From Hemiscyllium ocellatum (lineage: Eukaryota): DNA of 64,000 nt. The first letter of the stretch is position 1; every line of letters begins with the position of its first letter. Positions 23,121 through 35,905 of the stretch are shown piece after piece. The position numbers were made by a program, and so were the translations under genes. The stretch lies in the NCBI RefSeq assembly GCF_020745735.1, contig NC_083402.1:80738004-80802003 (forward strand), in the 5' to 3' direction. Under the pieces are notes generated by a model. The model was given only the letters and a program-made list of their open reading frames with translations, made no database searches and was not told the origin of the DNA.

Positions 23121-24728
23121 CATAGAACATAGAACAATACAGCACAGAACAGGCCCTTCGGCCCACGATGTTGTGCTCAACATTTGTCCTAGCTTAAGCA
23201 CCTATCCATGTACCTATCCAATTGCCACTTAAAGGTCACCAATGATTCTGACTCTGCCACTCCCACAGGCAGCGCATTCCACGCCCCCACCATTCTCTGG
23301 GTTAAGAACCTATCCCTGACATTCCTCCCTATACCTTCCACCCTTCACCTTAAATTTATGTCCCCTTGTAACACTCTGTTGTACCCAGGGAAAAAAGTCT
23401 CTGACTGTCTCCTCTATCTATTCCCCTGATCATCTTATATACCTCTATCAAGTCACCCCTCATCCTTCGCCGTTCCAATGAGAAAAGACCTAGCACTCTC
23501 AACCTATCCTCGTACGACCTATTCTCCATTCCAGGCAACATCCTGGTAAATCTCCTCTGCATCCTCTCCAAAGCTTCCACATCTTTCCTAAAGTGAGGCG
23601 ACCAGAACTGCACACAGTACTCCAGATGTGGCCTTACCAAGGTCCTGTACAGCTGCAACATCACCTCACGACTCTTGAATTCAATCCCTCTGCTAATGAA
23701 CGCTAATACACCATAGGCCTTCTTACAAGCTCTATCCACCTGAGTGGCAACTTTCAAAGATCTATGAACATAGACCCCAAGATCCCTCTGCTCCTCCACC
23801 TTATTAAGAACTCTACCGTTAACCCTGTATTCTGCATTCTTATTTGTCCTTCCAAAATGGACCTCACACTTGACAGAGTTGAATTTCCTCTGCCACTCCT
23901 CAGTCCAGCTCTGCATCATATCTAAGTCCCTTTGCAGCTGACAACAGCCCTCCTCACTATCCACAACTCCACCAATCTTCGTATCGTCTCCAAATTTACT
24001 GACCCACCCTTCGACTTTCTCTTCCAAGTCATTAATAAAAATTACAAACCGCAGAGGACCCAGAACAGATCCCTGCGGAACTCCAGGCTGAATATTTACC
24101 ATCTACCACCACTCTATGACTTCGACCGGTTAGCCAGTTCTCTATCCAACTGGCCAAATTTCCCACTATCCCATGCCTCCTGACTTTCCATGGGGAACCT
24201 TATCAAATGCCTTACTAAAATCCATGTATACTATATCCACTGCTCTACCCTCATCCACATGCTTAGTTACCTCCTCAAAGAATTAAATAAGACTTGTAAG
24301 GCAAGATCTACCTCTCACAAATCCGTGCTGGCTGTCCCTAATTAAGCAGTATCTTTCCAGATACTCAAAAATCCTATTCCTCAGCACCCTTTCCATTACT
24401 TTGCCTACCACCGAAGTAAGACTAACTGGCCTGTAATTCCCAGGGTTATCCTTATTCCCTTTTTTGAACAGGGGCACAACATTCACCACTCTCCGGTCCC
24501 CTGGTACCACCCCCGTTGACAGTAAAGACTAAAAGATCATTACCAACGGCTCTGCAATTTCCTCTCTTGCTTCCCACATAATCCTAGGATATATCCCATC
24601 AGGCCCGAGGGACTTGTCTATCCTCACGTTTTTCAAAATGCCCAACACATCTTCCTTCCTAACAAGTATCTCCTCTAGCTTACCAGTCCGTTTCATACTC
24701 TCCTCTTCAACAATACGGTCCCTCTCCT
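23121..24728 (-). mobile_element. Young CR1-type LINE, RT domain to 3' (TTCTATG)n-like tail
   Basis: ORF 23356..24102 GVPQGSVLGP...FGDDTK...LVRPHLEYCVQFWSP; ORF 24283..24510 NYRPVSLTS...QHGF. Confidence 0.93.
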
Positions 24729-24775
24729 ATAAAATTGTCTTATAAAATTGCACCGCTCCGTGGTGCACCATACTT

Positions 24776-25330
24776 AGAGTCATAAAGTCATAGAGATGCA
24801 CATCATGGAAACATACCCTTCGGTCCAACCAGTCCATGCCAACCAGATATCCCAACCCAATCTAGTCCCACCTGCCAGCACCCAGCCCATATCCCTCTAA
24901 ACTGTTTCTATTCATTTAGCCATCCAAATGCTTCTTAAATGTTGCATTTGTACCAGCCTCCACCACTTCCTCTGGCAGGTCAGTCCATACTCATACCACC
25001 CTCTGTGTCAAAACGTTGCCCCTTAGGTCCTTTTTATATCTTTCCCCTCTCACCCTAAACCTATGCCCTCTATTCTGGACTCCCCGGCCCTAGGGAAATG
25101 ACTTTGTCCATTTACCCAATCCATGCCCCTCATAATTTTGTGAACCTCTATAAGGTCACTCCTCAGCCTCCGACGTGCCAGGGAAAACAGCCCCAGCCTG
25201 TTCAGCCTCTCCCTATAGTTCAAATCCTCCAACCCTGGCAACATCCTTGTAAATCTTTTCTGAACCCTTTCAGGTTTCACAACATCTTTCCAATAGGAAG
25301 GAGACCAGAATTGTACGCAATATTCCAACA
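24776..25330 (-). mobile_element. CR1/HER1-like LINE 3' end
   Basis: ORF 25050..25331 LEYCVQFWSP...RLRSDLIEVHKIM. Confidence 0.9.
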
Positions 25331-26307
25331 ATGTAGTCTTGAGGGAGGTGCTCCATCACAAGTCTGTGCCACCCTGCAAGACCTAGAGGCTTTTCTAATA
25401 TCCAATTCATTAGGATGTTCTTCCTCGCACAAAAATATTGAAGGAGGTATACCCAACAGTCCTCCTGGCATCCTGTTCCCAGAGTCCATGAGACAATTGA
25501 AGTCTCCTCCTATAATCGTATGGCGCACCCCAAGAGCCATTAATTTAGAGACTGCATCAACTAAAAATCTGATAGGATGTGCCAGGAGACAGTAAACGTT
25601 CAGGATGTCATATTCTTCTCCGTGTATCAGTGCCTTGAGAATGATGAACCATCCAAACTGATCCTTGATTTGATCTGTCACCTGAAATGGGAGGTTCTTT
25701 CATACTAGTCTGGCCACTTGTCTGCTTTTGAACATAAACAAGGAAAAGAATACCCTATCGTATCCCCCTTGCTCTAACTTCAGATGTTCCCCATCAGTCA
25801 GTTGTGTCTCTTGCAAGAGTACGAAGTCAACACTTTCCTTCCTAAGATTTGACAACACCTTTTTCCTTTTAATGGGGGAATAGCTCCCCTTTATATTCTA
25901 GGTGCACCACCTGAACAGATCACTAGCCATGAGTGCCCTCTGCAGGCTGTGGTCCCCCAAGAGGAAGAAACTATTCAATATCCGATGAGCAGAGAAAAAA
26001 CGTTATCAAATCTCAAGACTATTCCTATAAACACTACCAAAACTACTAAAATTAAAAAACCTCTACTTCTAACTTGAATAAATAAACACAAAAAACACAA
26101 ATCTCCAGAGATCCCCCTCTCCCTCCTTGCCCATAGGGGCGCTCACTCCCAACCTCACAATCATCCTAGCTCCTTCCAGTTAAGGCAGCACCCCAAAACC
26201 AAGCAATGGAAAAAAACTCATTATTTATACTTCTACAAGTTAACAATGGACGCCTATCCCTCCCCCTCCACGTCTCAACTCCACACATCTTTGCATCAAA
26301 AGGAGTA

Positions 26308-27805
26308 ACCACCCCTCACCTTTTCCTCCCAACAGTCCATCTTCCGCAACTACACTGGCACCACCCCGCACCTTTTCCTCCGCTGAACAGTCCATCTTCC
26401 GCAACTACAGTGGCACCACCCCCCACCTTTTCCTCCGCTACATCGATGACTGTATCGGCGCTGCCTCGTGCTCCCATGAGGAGGTTGAACAGTTCATCAA
26501 CTTTACCAACACCTTCCATCCCGACCTCAAATTCACCTGGACTGTCTCAGACTCCTCCCTCCCCTTCCTAGACCTTTCCATTTCTATCTCGGGCGACCAA
26601 CTCAACACAGACATCTACTATAAACCGACTGACTCCCACAGCTACCTGGACTACACCTCCTCCCACCCTGCCACCTGTAAAAACTCCATCCCATATTCCC
26701 AATTCCTTCGTCTCCGCCGCATCTGCTCCCAGGAGGACCAGTTCCAATACCGTACAGCCCAGATGGCCTCCTTCTTCAAGGACCGCAGACTCCCCCCAGA
26801 CGTGATCGACGATGCCCTCCACCGCATCTCCTCCACTTCCCGCTCCTCCGCCCTTGAGCCCCGCCCCTCCAAGCGCCACCAAGACAGAACCCCACTGGTT
26901 CTCACCTACCACCCCACCAACCTCCGTATACAGCGTATCATCCGCCGTCATTTCCGCCAACTCCAAACGGACCCCACCACCAGGGATATATTTCCCTCCC
27001 CTCCCCTATCAGCGTTCCGCAAAGACCACTCCCTTCGTGACTCCCTCGTCAGGTCCACAACCCCCACCAACCCAACCTCCACTCTCGGCACCTTCCCCTG
27101 CAACCGCAGGAAATGCAAAACTTGCGCCCACACCTCCTCCCTTACTTCTCTCCAAGGCCACAAGGGATCCTTCCATATCCGCCACAAATTCACCTGCACC
27201 TCCGCACACATCTATTGCATCCGCTGCACCCGATGTGGCCTCCTCTATATTGGGGAGACAGGCCGCCTAGTTGCAGAACACTTCAGGGATCACCCCTGGG
27301 ACGCCCGGACCAACCAACCCAACCACCCCGTGGCTCAACACTTTAACTCTCCCTCCCACTCCACCGAAGACATGCAGGTCCTTGGACTCCTCCATCGCCA
27401 GAACATAACAACACGACGGTTGGAGGAAGAGCGCCTCATTTTCCGCCTGGAAACCCTCCAGCCACAAGGGATGAACTCAGATTTCTCCAGTTTCCTCATT
27501 TCCCCTCCCCCCACCTTGTCTCAGTCAATTCCCTTGAACTCAGCAGCGCCCTCCTAACCTGCAATCCTCTTCCTGACCTCTCCGCCCCCACCCCACTCCG
27601 GCCTATCACCCTCACCTTGACCTCCTTCCACCTATCACATCTCCATCGCCCCTCCCCCAAGTCCCTCCTCCCTACCATTTATCTTAGCCTGCCTGGCACC
27701 CTCTCCTCATTCCTGATGAAGGGCTCTGGTCTGAAACGTCGAATTTCCTGTTCCTTGGATGCTGCCTAACCTGCTGTGCTTTAACCAGCAACACATTTTC
27801 AGCTG
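26308..27805 (+). mobile_element. 5'-truncated family 1 PLE with an uninterrupted RT-GIY-YIG frame (26385-27557)
   Basis: Open frame EQSIFRN...LRYIDD...LPFLDL...YYKPTDSHSYLDYTSSHP...CNRRKCKTC...IYCIRCTRCGLLYIGETGR...HFN...LQPQGMN, 391 codons with no stop; pLTR follows. Confidence 0.93.
27709..27744 (+). ncRNA. Minimal type I hammerhead ribozyme motif in the PLE pLTR
   Basis: AUUC-CUGAUGA-A-GGGC-UCUG-GUCU-GAAA-C-GUC-GAAU; stem II held by G-U wobbles. Confidence 0.75.
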
Positions 27806-29629
27806 CGACCTCACCAAGCAAAACCCACAACAGAATAACTAATAACCACCAAACAGATATAACATAAAACATAACGGATTTTACACCAAAGCAACACTAA
27901 GCCTATAAGGCCCAAGACTCCAAAAGGGAAAAGAACAAAGACAGAGAAGATAAAAAAAAATTATATTATGCCATTACCCGCACTCTTCTTTTCCTCATTC
28001 CTCCTCGGCCAAAGTGTATCATTTCAGCAAGTTCAAAAATTCTTGTACTTTTTCCGCCAAGTCGAAGTTGTCAACAGCCCCCCCCATAATTGAAACGTAG
28101 CACTGCTGGGTACCTCAGAGAATAGTGAATGTTTAAAACTCTTAATATTTTCTTTACATCATCAAAGGCCTTCCTTTTCTTAATTATGGCCCCAGAAAAG
28201 TCATGAAAGAACATTATCTTCGAACTTTTATAAGCCAAAGCCTGTAGATCTTCGCCCTATCTTCTGGCTGTTTCTATTATTAATTGATTTTCCACATAAT
28301 GCTGAAGTTGCATGAGGACCAGGCAGGGCGCTGGGCCGGCCCACACCTGCACATTGCGATCCAGTGGGCCTGCTCCACATTCACCCCGCCTGACTCAATC
28401 TCCATCCCCAGCAACTCCGGAGGCCATCTCTTGAGTAAATCAGCAAGGCTTTCACCTTCTTCATGCTTTGGTAAGCCCAAGATCCATAGATTTTTTTTCT
28501 CCAACCTCAGTTCTTGTTCCTGCAGAGCCCAAACCTGGCCTTCCAAGGTTCAGACCCACCCCTTGGAGCTCTCTATCGTGGCCTCAGAGGCCGCGGTCCT
28601 CTGTTCCACTGCTTCTACAAGCTGATCCAAAGCCTGCTCATACTTTGTCAGCATGGCAGTAGTTGGTTCCAGCACTCTCTCGATATTTTCATGGAGTTCT
28701 GCAAACTCCGTTAGTAAATGCTGTTGCTCCACTGAACTTAAGGGTGCCGCCACAGGAGTTGAGGTAATGATTGCGGGTGTGCTCAACATAGTAGGGGAGT
28801 TACCTGCCTGTTGTACTCTCTTTCCCTTGGAAGTCTTCATTTCAGCTCCAGATCTGTCAAATCTTAATTTTAAAGAGCTCTAGGTTTCTCCCTATTTTAC
28901 ATTACAAACTTTCCTCAGGGATGGCTGAGGGTGAAGGGTAGGAGCCCACTTTGCCTGGGATACAGTACAGAGCCCAACACAGCAGACTATTTAGACTGCC
29001 ACTGTCTTGAATCTCCACCACCCCTCATGATTTTAAAACTTCTGCTAAACCTCCCCTCAGTCTCCTCCTCTCAAGGAAAACAGTCCCAACTTTATCAATT
29101 TGTCCTTATAACTCAAGTTTTTATTATTTCATAAACCCCTTCTGCAATCTCTCCAGTGCATTCATTTCCTCCTTAAAAAGTGGTGCCCAGGACTGTACAC
29201 AGTACTCCATCTGAGGGCTAAAGGTTCAGCATAACATCCTTGCTTTAGTATCCTATCCTCTTATTAACAAAGCTTAGGATAGTTCACACTGTACTCTGTA
29301 ATACAGAATAGCTTAATTCCGAATGATGAACTGTAGTTACCAATAGAGGCAAGTAGTGACAAAGAAATGAAATATTCAAATACCAAGAGAATTCCTTGAG
29401 TATGTGCCGCAATCTATTACAGTATATGTTGATAACTATTTCATACAGGTTCTTATAACATTGAATCATGTAGAACAATTAGGCCAAGTCCAGTTCAATA
29501 GGGTATCTGTTCCTTTGAATTGAAAACTATGACCACTATGTTGTGATAGTTGCATTGAAAACCTGTCACAGAAATATTATTTTGGCTTAGTATTTATTTT
29601 GGATATGGAGGCTAGGAACTAGATATTGA

Positions 29630-31247
29630 TGTCATGAAAACAGCCCACATCACAGGAGAGGAGATGCAGGAGGTCTTGAAAAACATAAAGGTGGATAAAT
29701 GTCTGGGACCTGATCAAGTGTATACCAGGGCATCGTGGGAAGCTAGGGAAGAAATTACACGGTCCTAGCAGAGATATGTGTATCCTGTACAGCCACGGAT
29801 GAGGTGCAGGAGGACTACAACATGGCTAATGTTTTGCCTTTACCTAAGAAAGGTTGTAAGGAGAAGCCTGGGAATGACAGACTGGTGAATCTGACAGCAA
29901 TGGCGGGTAAGTTGTTGGAGGGGATTCTGAGAGATAGAATTTACATGCATTGGGAGAGGTAAGGACTTATTAGGGATATTCAGCATGGCTTTGTGCATGG
30001 GAAAACGTGCCTCACAAGTTTGATTGAGCTTTTTGAGAACATGACCAAAAAGATATACGAGGGCAGAATGGTAGATGTCGTCTGCGTGGACTTTAGTCAA
30101 GTCTTTGACAAGATTCTGCATGGTCGACTGGTTAGTAAAGTTAGATCATATGGAATTCAAGGAGAGTCTGTCAATTAGATACAAAATTGGCTTGTTGATT
30201 AAAGACAGAGAGTGGTGGTGGAGGGTTGTTTTTTGGATTGGAGGCCTGTGACCAGCTGTGTTCTGCATGTATCGGTGCTGGACATACTGTTGTTTGTCAT
30301 TTATATAAAATATCTGGATGAAAATTTAGGAGCCATGGTTAATAAGTTTGCAGATAACACCAAAACTGGTAGTACAGTGGACAGTGTAGGTTATTTAAGC
30401 TTACAAAGGTATCTAGATCAATTATGGCAATTAGCTAACGACTGGCAGATGGAATTTAGTTTGGATAAATGAGAGCTATTGTATTTTGGCAAAACAAACA
30501 AAGGCAGGTCTTGTACAATTAATGGAAGGGCCCTAGGTAATGTTGCCAAACAGACAGACCAAAGGGTTCAGGTACATAGTTCTTTGAAAGTTGCATCATA
30601 GGGAGACAGGGTGGTTAAGAAAACATGTAGCACATTTGCCTTCATTGCTCAGACCATTTAGTATGAGTTGGATGTCATGTTGAGGTTGCACAGGACATTA
30701 GTGAGGCCAATTTTGGAGTATCATTAAAAGTTCGAGTCGCCCTGCTATAGGAAGGATATTATTAAATTTTAGGGGGTTCAGAAAAGATTTACAAGGATGT
30801 TGCTGTGACTGAAGAGTTTGAGTTATAAGGAGAGACTGAATAGGCTAAGACTTTTTTAATTGGAGCATAGAAATTTGAGGGGTGACCTTCTGGAGGTTTA
30901 TAAAATCATGAGCATAGATAAGCTGAAGAGCAAAGGTGTTTTCTCTAGTGTAGAGGAGTTCAAAACTAGATTTTTAAGGTGAGAGGCAAAAAATTTAAAA
31001 GGGACATAAGAGGAAACTGTTTCATACAGAGGGCGATTTATATGTGGAATTAACCGACAAGGGAAGTGGTAGATGCAGGTGCAGTGCCAACATTTAAAAG
31101 ATACAGATACATGAATAGGAAAGCTTTAGAGAGATATGGGCCAAATGCAGGCAAATAGGACTTGTTTAGTTTGGGAAACTTGATCGGCATGGATGAGTTG
31201 GACTGAAGGGTCTGTTTTCTTAATGTATGCCTCTGACTCTCTGTGAC
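29630..31247 (+). mobile_element. Decayed CR1-type LINE (RT to 3' tail)
   Basis: ORFs 29993..30178 and 30212..30472 (CLTSLIELFE, DFSQVFDK, KFADNTK); tail ends about 10 nt from the NMRK1 donor at 31256. Confidence 0.9.
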
Positions 31248-31256
31248 AAATCTTAC

Positions 31257-31305
31257 CATCATACTGCTGAAACCCATCTTGTCCGACCTTTACTTCACTG
31301 GCTGG
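31257..31305 (-). CDS. NMRK1: NMRK1 coding exon 3 (PASEVKVGQDGFQQYD)
   Basis: tttttttccag|CCA GCC AGT...TAT GAT G|gtaag; 49 nt; phase-compatible on both sides; aligns to human PESEIETDKNGFLQYD. Confidence 0.93.
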
Positions 31306-32195
31306 CTGGAAAAAAATAAATATAAAAGTTTAGTCCAAAATAAAATTCCTCATCCATAGTTTTAGGAATTAGCCTCAGCTTCTGGTCCATACAAGATTTG
31401 AAGCTTGGAGCTATTAAAAATTTAGGAACGGTGACATATTGATTCTTTTCTTTCAGAAGTTCAACTCCCAAAAATGAGAGAGAATTACCAGCGGATTAAT
31501 AGAAAAAAGATTTAAGAGATATTTATTACAATGAACAAAGAAGATGTGACACTTTCAAAACAAAGTTATGAAAGATGGCAGAGTTGTAAGAACAGTTTGT
31601 GCAATAAGCGGAAGCCACAATGGCTCATGGAGACTTAGCTAAGTAACATGCTCTAAGAGATATCTTTCAGTGGGCAAAAAGATGTAAACAAAAAGGCAGA
31701 ACAAAATTAAATTAGGATCACAATTCAACTTAATAAAACACAATAAATCATTTTAGCATTTTACAGAAAATAAAGAAGACTTGAAACATTATGCAGCCAG
31801 AACTATAGATGGTACCACCAGCTTAAAAGTACATTTTAATAAATATTGTGATCCTACTAATCATGATCCTACAGATTAAATTAGCATTGCATCTGTAGAT
31901 GTTCTGTGGTGGTTTGAATTGAGTTTGAAGTATAAGTGGGACAGTATCTAATTCGCATCTAAAACAATACTGGGTTCCAAATAAAGCCTTAACAACAACT
32001 ACACATCATTCTTATGAATTTGTCTACTGAAACCCTATGCCACGCCAAATGTTCCTGAAAATGGTAAAAACCTGCTGTATCAGGACTCTTGTCATTTTCC
32101 AAAGACTTCTGCCAGTTTCACGCCAAACACAACAGTGGAACCCCCTGACTTTTCAGGGACTTAGTTTCTACTTTTAATCACTTTTGTATCACCTA

Positions 32196-32801
32196 TGTTA
32201 TGGACCAGACCAAACCCTTCAAAATGTATTAAGAAGGAAGCCTAGACCCCAACTTTTTCTTACTTTTAATAGTACGTGTAAAGTATTGTGTTCCAGATAC
32301 AATTCAATTGGTCAAACTACCAGGCTTGAAGCAAAACACCCTTTATTTTCACACTTTAGTTAAAATACAAACAAAATTAAGATGATTGGAATAACTCAAA
32401 TCCATTGGAAATCATTACAGAAGAATAGATTATTTAACTATAAAACAGCAACTGTTCCAAAATAGTAACATCTCATAAACACACCCTTATCAAAGGCAAA
32501 CTCAATAAAATAGATTGCCTCACATACAATTCTAGCAGCAGGAAAAGAACCCAAGCTCAATAGAGAGTGGAATAACAGCTTCCACATCCAGCTTCAAGAC
32601 CCCAGCAACTGCTGTTGGAGAAAACTAAAATCCTGGTTCTGTGAGAGGTTGGCCCCACCTCTTCATACATCTTCTGTTGTTCCAACTTTTAAAAAATACC
32701 AAAGCTAGTTGGGCTCCGAGCAGACAGCTTGGCTCAAAGTTTACAATATTTGCTTTCAAAAGAAACATGACAGAACAAATCCTTCTTAAAGGCACATCTC
32801 A
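32196..32801 (+). mobile_element. Probable solo LTR (TG...CA), same family as 35144-35748
   Basis: Begins tgttatggaccagacc and is collinear with the reverse complement of 35144-35748; about 600 bp, non-coding. Strand is relative only. Confidence 0.6.
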
Positions 32802-33752
32802 TTTCACTGATGAATTCATTTCAGCATATTTTAATATATTGTATCGGGGAAAGCATGAAGGCTAAATTAAGATTTAATGCGAAACAAGGACAGACCTAAT
32901 TTATCAACGGCTAAAGGAAATAAGTGGTCATCAGTGATGGTACAGTAAATGTTTTCATATATTATCAATCCCTAGGTGCCTTTAAGAAAGTGGTTATGAG
33001 AAGCGTTCTTGAACTGTTGCAATCCATGTACATATATTGTAGATGCTCTGACAGTGCCATTAGGAAGTTTCGACACTTTGACCCAATGATCAAGAAGCAA
33101 CAAATAGTTTTTTCTTTATCCATTCATGGGACTGAAAGAATAGCTACTGTGATGGGATTTGAAGGATGGGATCCCAATCATTACCCTGGGCATGTGGATT
33201 ACTTGATCAGTAATAACGAGCTGAACCTTCCTATATTTTGGCTCTATCAATTGCTGCAAGTTTCTTTAATGTTTTCTCTTTGCGACCTCTGGCAAATTTT
33301 CTCATACAATTCTGTACAACTCAACTCATTAATTATGCACTGGTCTTCACAGGGCCATTCTCATGCAGTCTTGCATGAGCAAGGCAGAACAGACAGCAAT
33401 TCCAGGACCTCCTGGTGTTCATGCTATAGGCACCATATTTAAACCCCAGGTGCATCCTATTTCAAATACTACAAGCCAGTGCTCTTGTACAATTCCAAAG
33501 GACATGGCCCATGACAGGATTTGGCACTCTGGATCCCTGATAGGGACCTGGAGGCCCGTATGGCTGGTGTAGTGAAGAGGAGAGCCATTTTCTTTCATTA
33601 GCATTGATGAAAGTGACCATAGAATGGACACTGTCAGTTTGGAGGAACATGGTACAACGCTGCAAGAGGTTAATGAATTTCTGCACTCTGCTAGGGTAAG
33701 TGCCATCATGTTCTCCTTGTTACCTCACATTCACTCTAACTCTGTCACTGCA

Positions 33753-33946
33753 TGATATGGAGATGCCGGTGTTGGACTGAGGTGTACAAAGTTAAAAATC
33801 ACACAAAACCAGGTTATAGTCCAACAGGTTTAATTGGAAGCACTAGCTTTTGAAGCACAACCACCTGATGAAGGAGCAGCGCTCTGAAATCTAGTGCTTC
33901 CAATTAAACCTGTTGGATTATAACCTGGTGTTGTGTGATTTTTAAC
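33753..33946. mobile_element. Fold-back PLE mini-insertion, family 2: 56-bp arms with hammerhead core
   Basis: Arms 33791-33846 and 33891-33946; cacCTGATGAaggagcagcgctctGAAAtctagtg; degenerate TSD taactctgtcactgca (33737-33752) / taaccctgtcattgca (33943-33958). Confidence 0.85.
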
Positions 33947-34954
33947 CCTGTCATTGCACACTTCTCCCGCCAAGACTCATGGTTTACCACTAATGCATGC
34001 ACCATCTTTTCTCAAAGCTCTTGCTCAACTCAACCTCCTAAATACAAAGCTTCCTGCCCTCAGTACGTTCCATTCACTCTTTTGGGACACCACACTACCT
34101 TCTGGCATTTGCAACATGAAGAACTCTTCCAACCACTTTCATTTCACTCAATCCCTCCCTTTGTTTCTCTGCAGGAAAAAAAACAGGCCATAATAGGGCT
34201 GAAAGGGCCAAAGGTGGGTAGTAAACCTTCATCTCATTTCGTAAGGGGAGTAATTCCTGAACTCGTGAAAGAGGACCATGACTGCTCATGTCGTGCTGTT
34301 GAGATCTCCATATCCTGGCAGCTGATTAAACTTCATTGCCCTATGCTGTGCTACTCCCCTATTACCAACAATGTGTACACCTTTTGACCTGCTCAAGCTT
34401 CTATACCTATTGTGCAATGCAATTCCCCCTCTTGTCTTGTGCAAGGCTGTCTTCTGTATACTTCAAAAGCTCAGATACTTCTACCTCTGTAGGGACGTTA
34501 TCTAAATTAGACTCTGGAGAATATTCTGGTTTGTCTGGCGTGTCTACACAGCTGACCGAGGAAGAAACTCTTCAGGTCTCTGACACTGTGAAGCCCGAGA
34601 TAACAGGCACCTGATCAGCTCCATGCTGAAGATGACCCCATGGTGTCAGCCATTAATACGTTTGCGCAAAAGGATAAACAAATACAGAAGCAATAGGTAG
34701 GTTTGTCAGAGACCCTCAGAATTAAAAGATCGAAGGATTCTACTAATGTTGTCAATATCGTGCTAACTCTAGTGTATTAAAGATTAGTGATAATCCAGAG
34801 GTTTAGGAATGTTTTAAAACCAACAAGAGATGACTGGAAAAAACTGAGACGATAAACTTTGAGGGTAAACTTGCAAGTAGTAGCAAGACGTATAGCTAGT
34901 GCTTTTTTAAATATATATAAAGGAAGAGAGAAGCCCCTCAGGGAATGAGGCTAG

Positions 34955-35905
34955 AATCATCATAGAATCACAACAGTGCAGATAGACGCCATTTGGTCCA
35001 CCTAGTCTGTACCGATCCTCTGTAAAACATCCCACCCCACCCCACTGCACCACCTTCCCCACCTCATGGATTTACCATAGCTTAACCTACCTAGCCTGTA
35101 CAATCTTGGACACTACAGATAATTTAGCATGGCCAACCCACACTGTGATGATACTATGGCTTTAAAAGATAATTTTGTCCTTTTTTTCGAAGAGAAGTTT
35201 TAAGGCAGAGATACCAAGCAGTCTATCAGGTTGAGGGGCCTTGGAACTTTTGTTAAATGTTGGAACAATAGAAGTAGCCTGAATGGGTGTGGTCAAGCTC
35301 TCACAGAACCAGGACTGTCAGTTTAGTTTTTTGGTTTTAGCTTTCAGCAGTTGTTACTAGGTTCTAGCAGGGTTGGAGTAAATCTCAGAATTTTCTCTCG
35401 CTATTTCTTCCCTCCTGGGCTACTAGAGTTGCATATGAGATAATCTGTTTTCTGAATTTGCCTTTTGTCAAGAGTGTGTCTTTGGGATGTTATACTATTG
35501 GAACAGTTAATTAGTCATAGTTACTGTATTTATTATTCTGTAAAGTTTTCCAATCGAGTTAAGTTATTGCATTTCCTTCTTACCTTTATTGTATTTTAAC
35601 TATAGTAGAAGAATAAAGTCTGTTTTGCTTTAAATCCGGTAGATTAACCAATCCAATTGCACCTAGAATGCAATGTCTCACGTTTACCTTAAAATAAGAA
35701 AAGACAATCTTCTGAATATCTTGAGATTGTTTGGTCTGGTCCATAACAATATTTTTGGACTTTGAGAGGAAACTGCAGTATAGGAGCAAGTCAACACAGA
35801 CACGAGGAGAATGTGCAAACCTCATGCTGACAGTCACCCAAGAGTGGAATCGAACCCAGGTCGCTCGCACTATGAGGCAGCATGCTAACCACTGAGCTGC
35901 CATAG
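34955..35905 (-). mobile_element. V-SINE split by a solo-LTR-like insertion
   Basis: SINE tail at 34955-35143 and head at 35749-35905 (ORF 35586..35903 begins in the SINE head). Confidence 0.7.
35144..35748 (-). mobile_element. Probable solo LTR
   Basis: tgtgatg...ggtctggtccataaca; TG/CA termini; inverted paralog of 32196-32801. Confidence 0.6.

Larger units (their letters stand above)
20019..29020 (-). mobile_element. L1/Tx1-clade LINE with both ends preserved and four nested insertions
   Basis: ORF1-like coiled coil plus NLWILGLP...VEQAH (28000-28840); APE domain LLQET...LNVY...IIGGDFN (25330-25930); C-terminal WRPFLNF (23060-23120); AATAAA near 20036; 13-bp TSD cccctcatgattt at 20006-20018 and 29021-29033. 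Confidence 0.8.
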
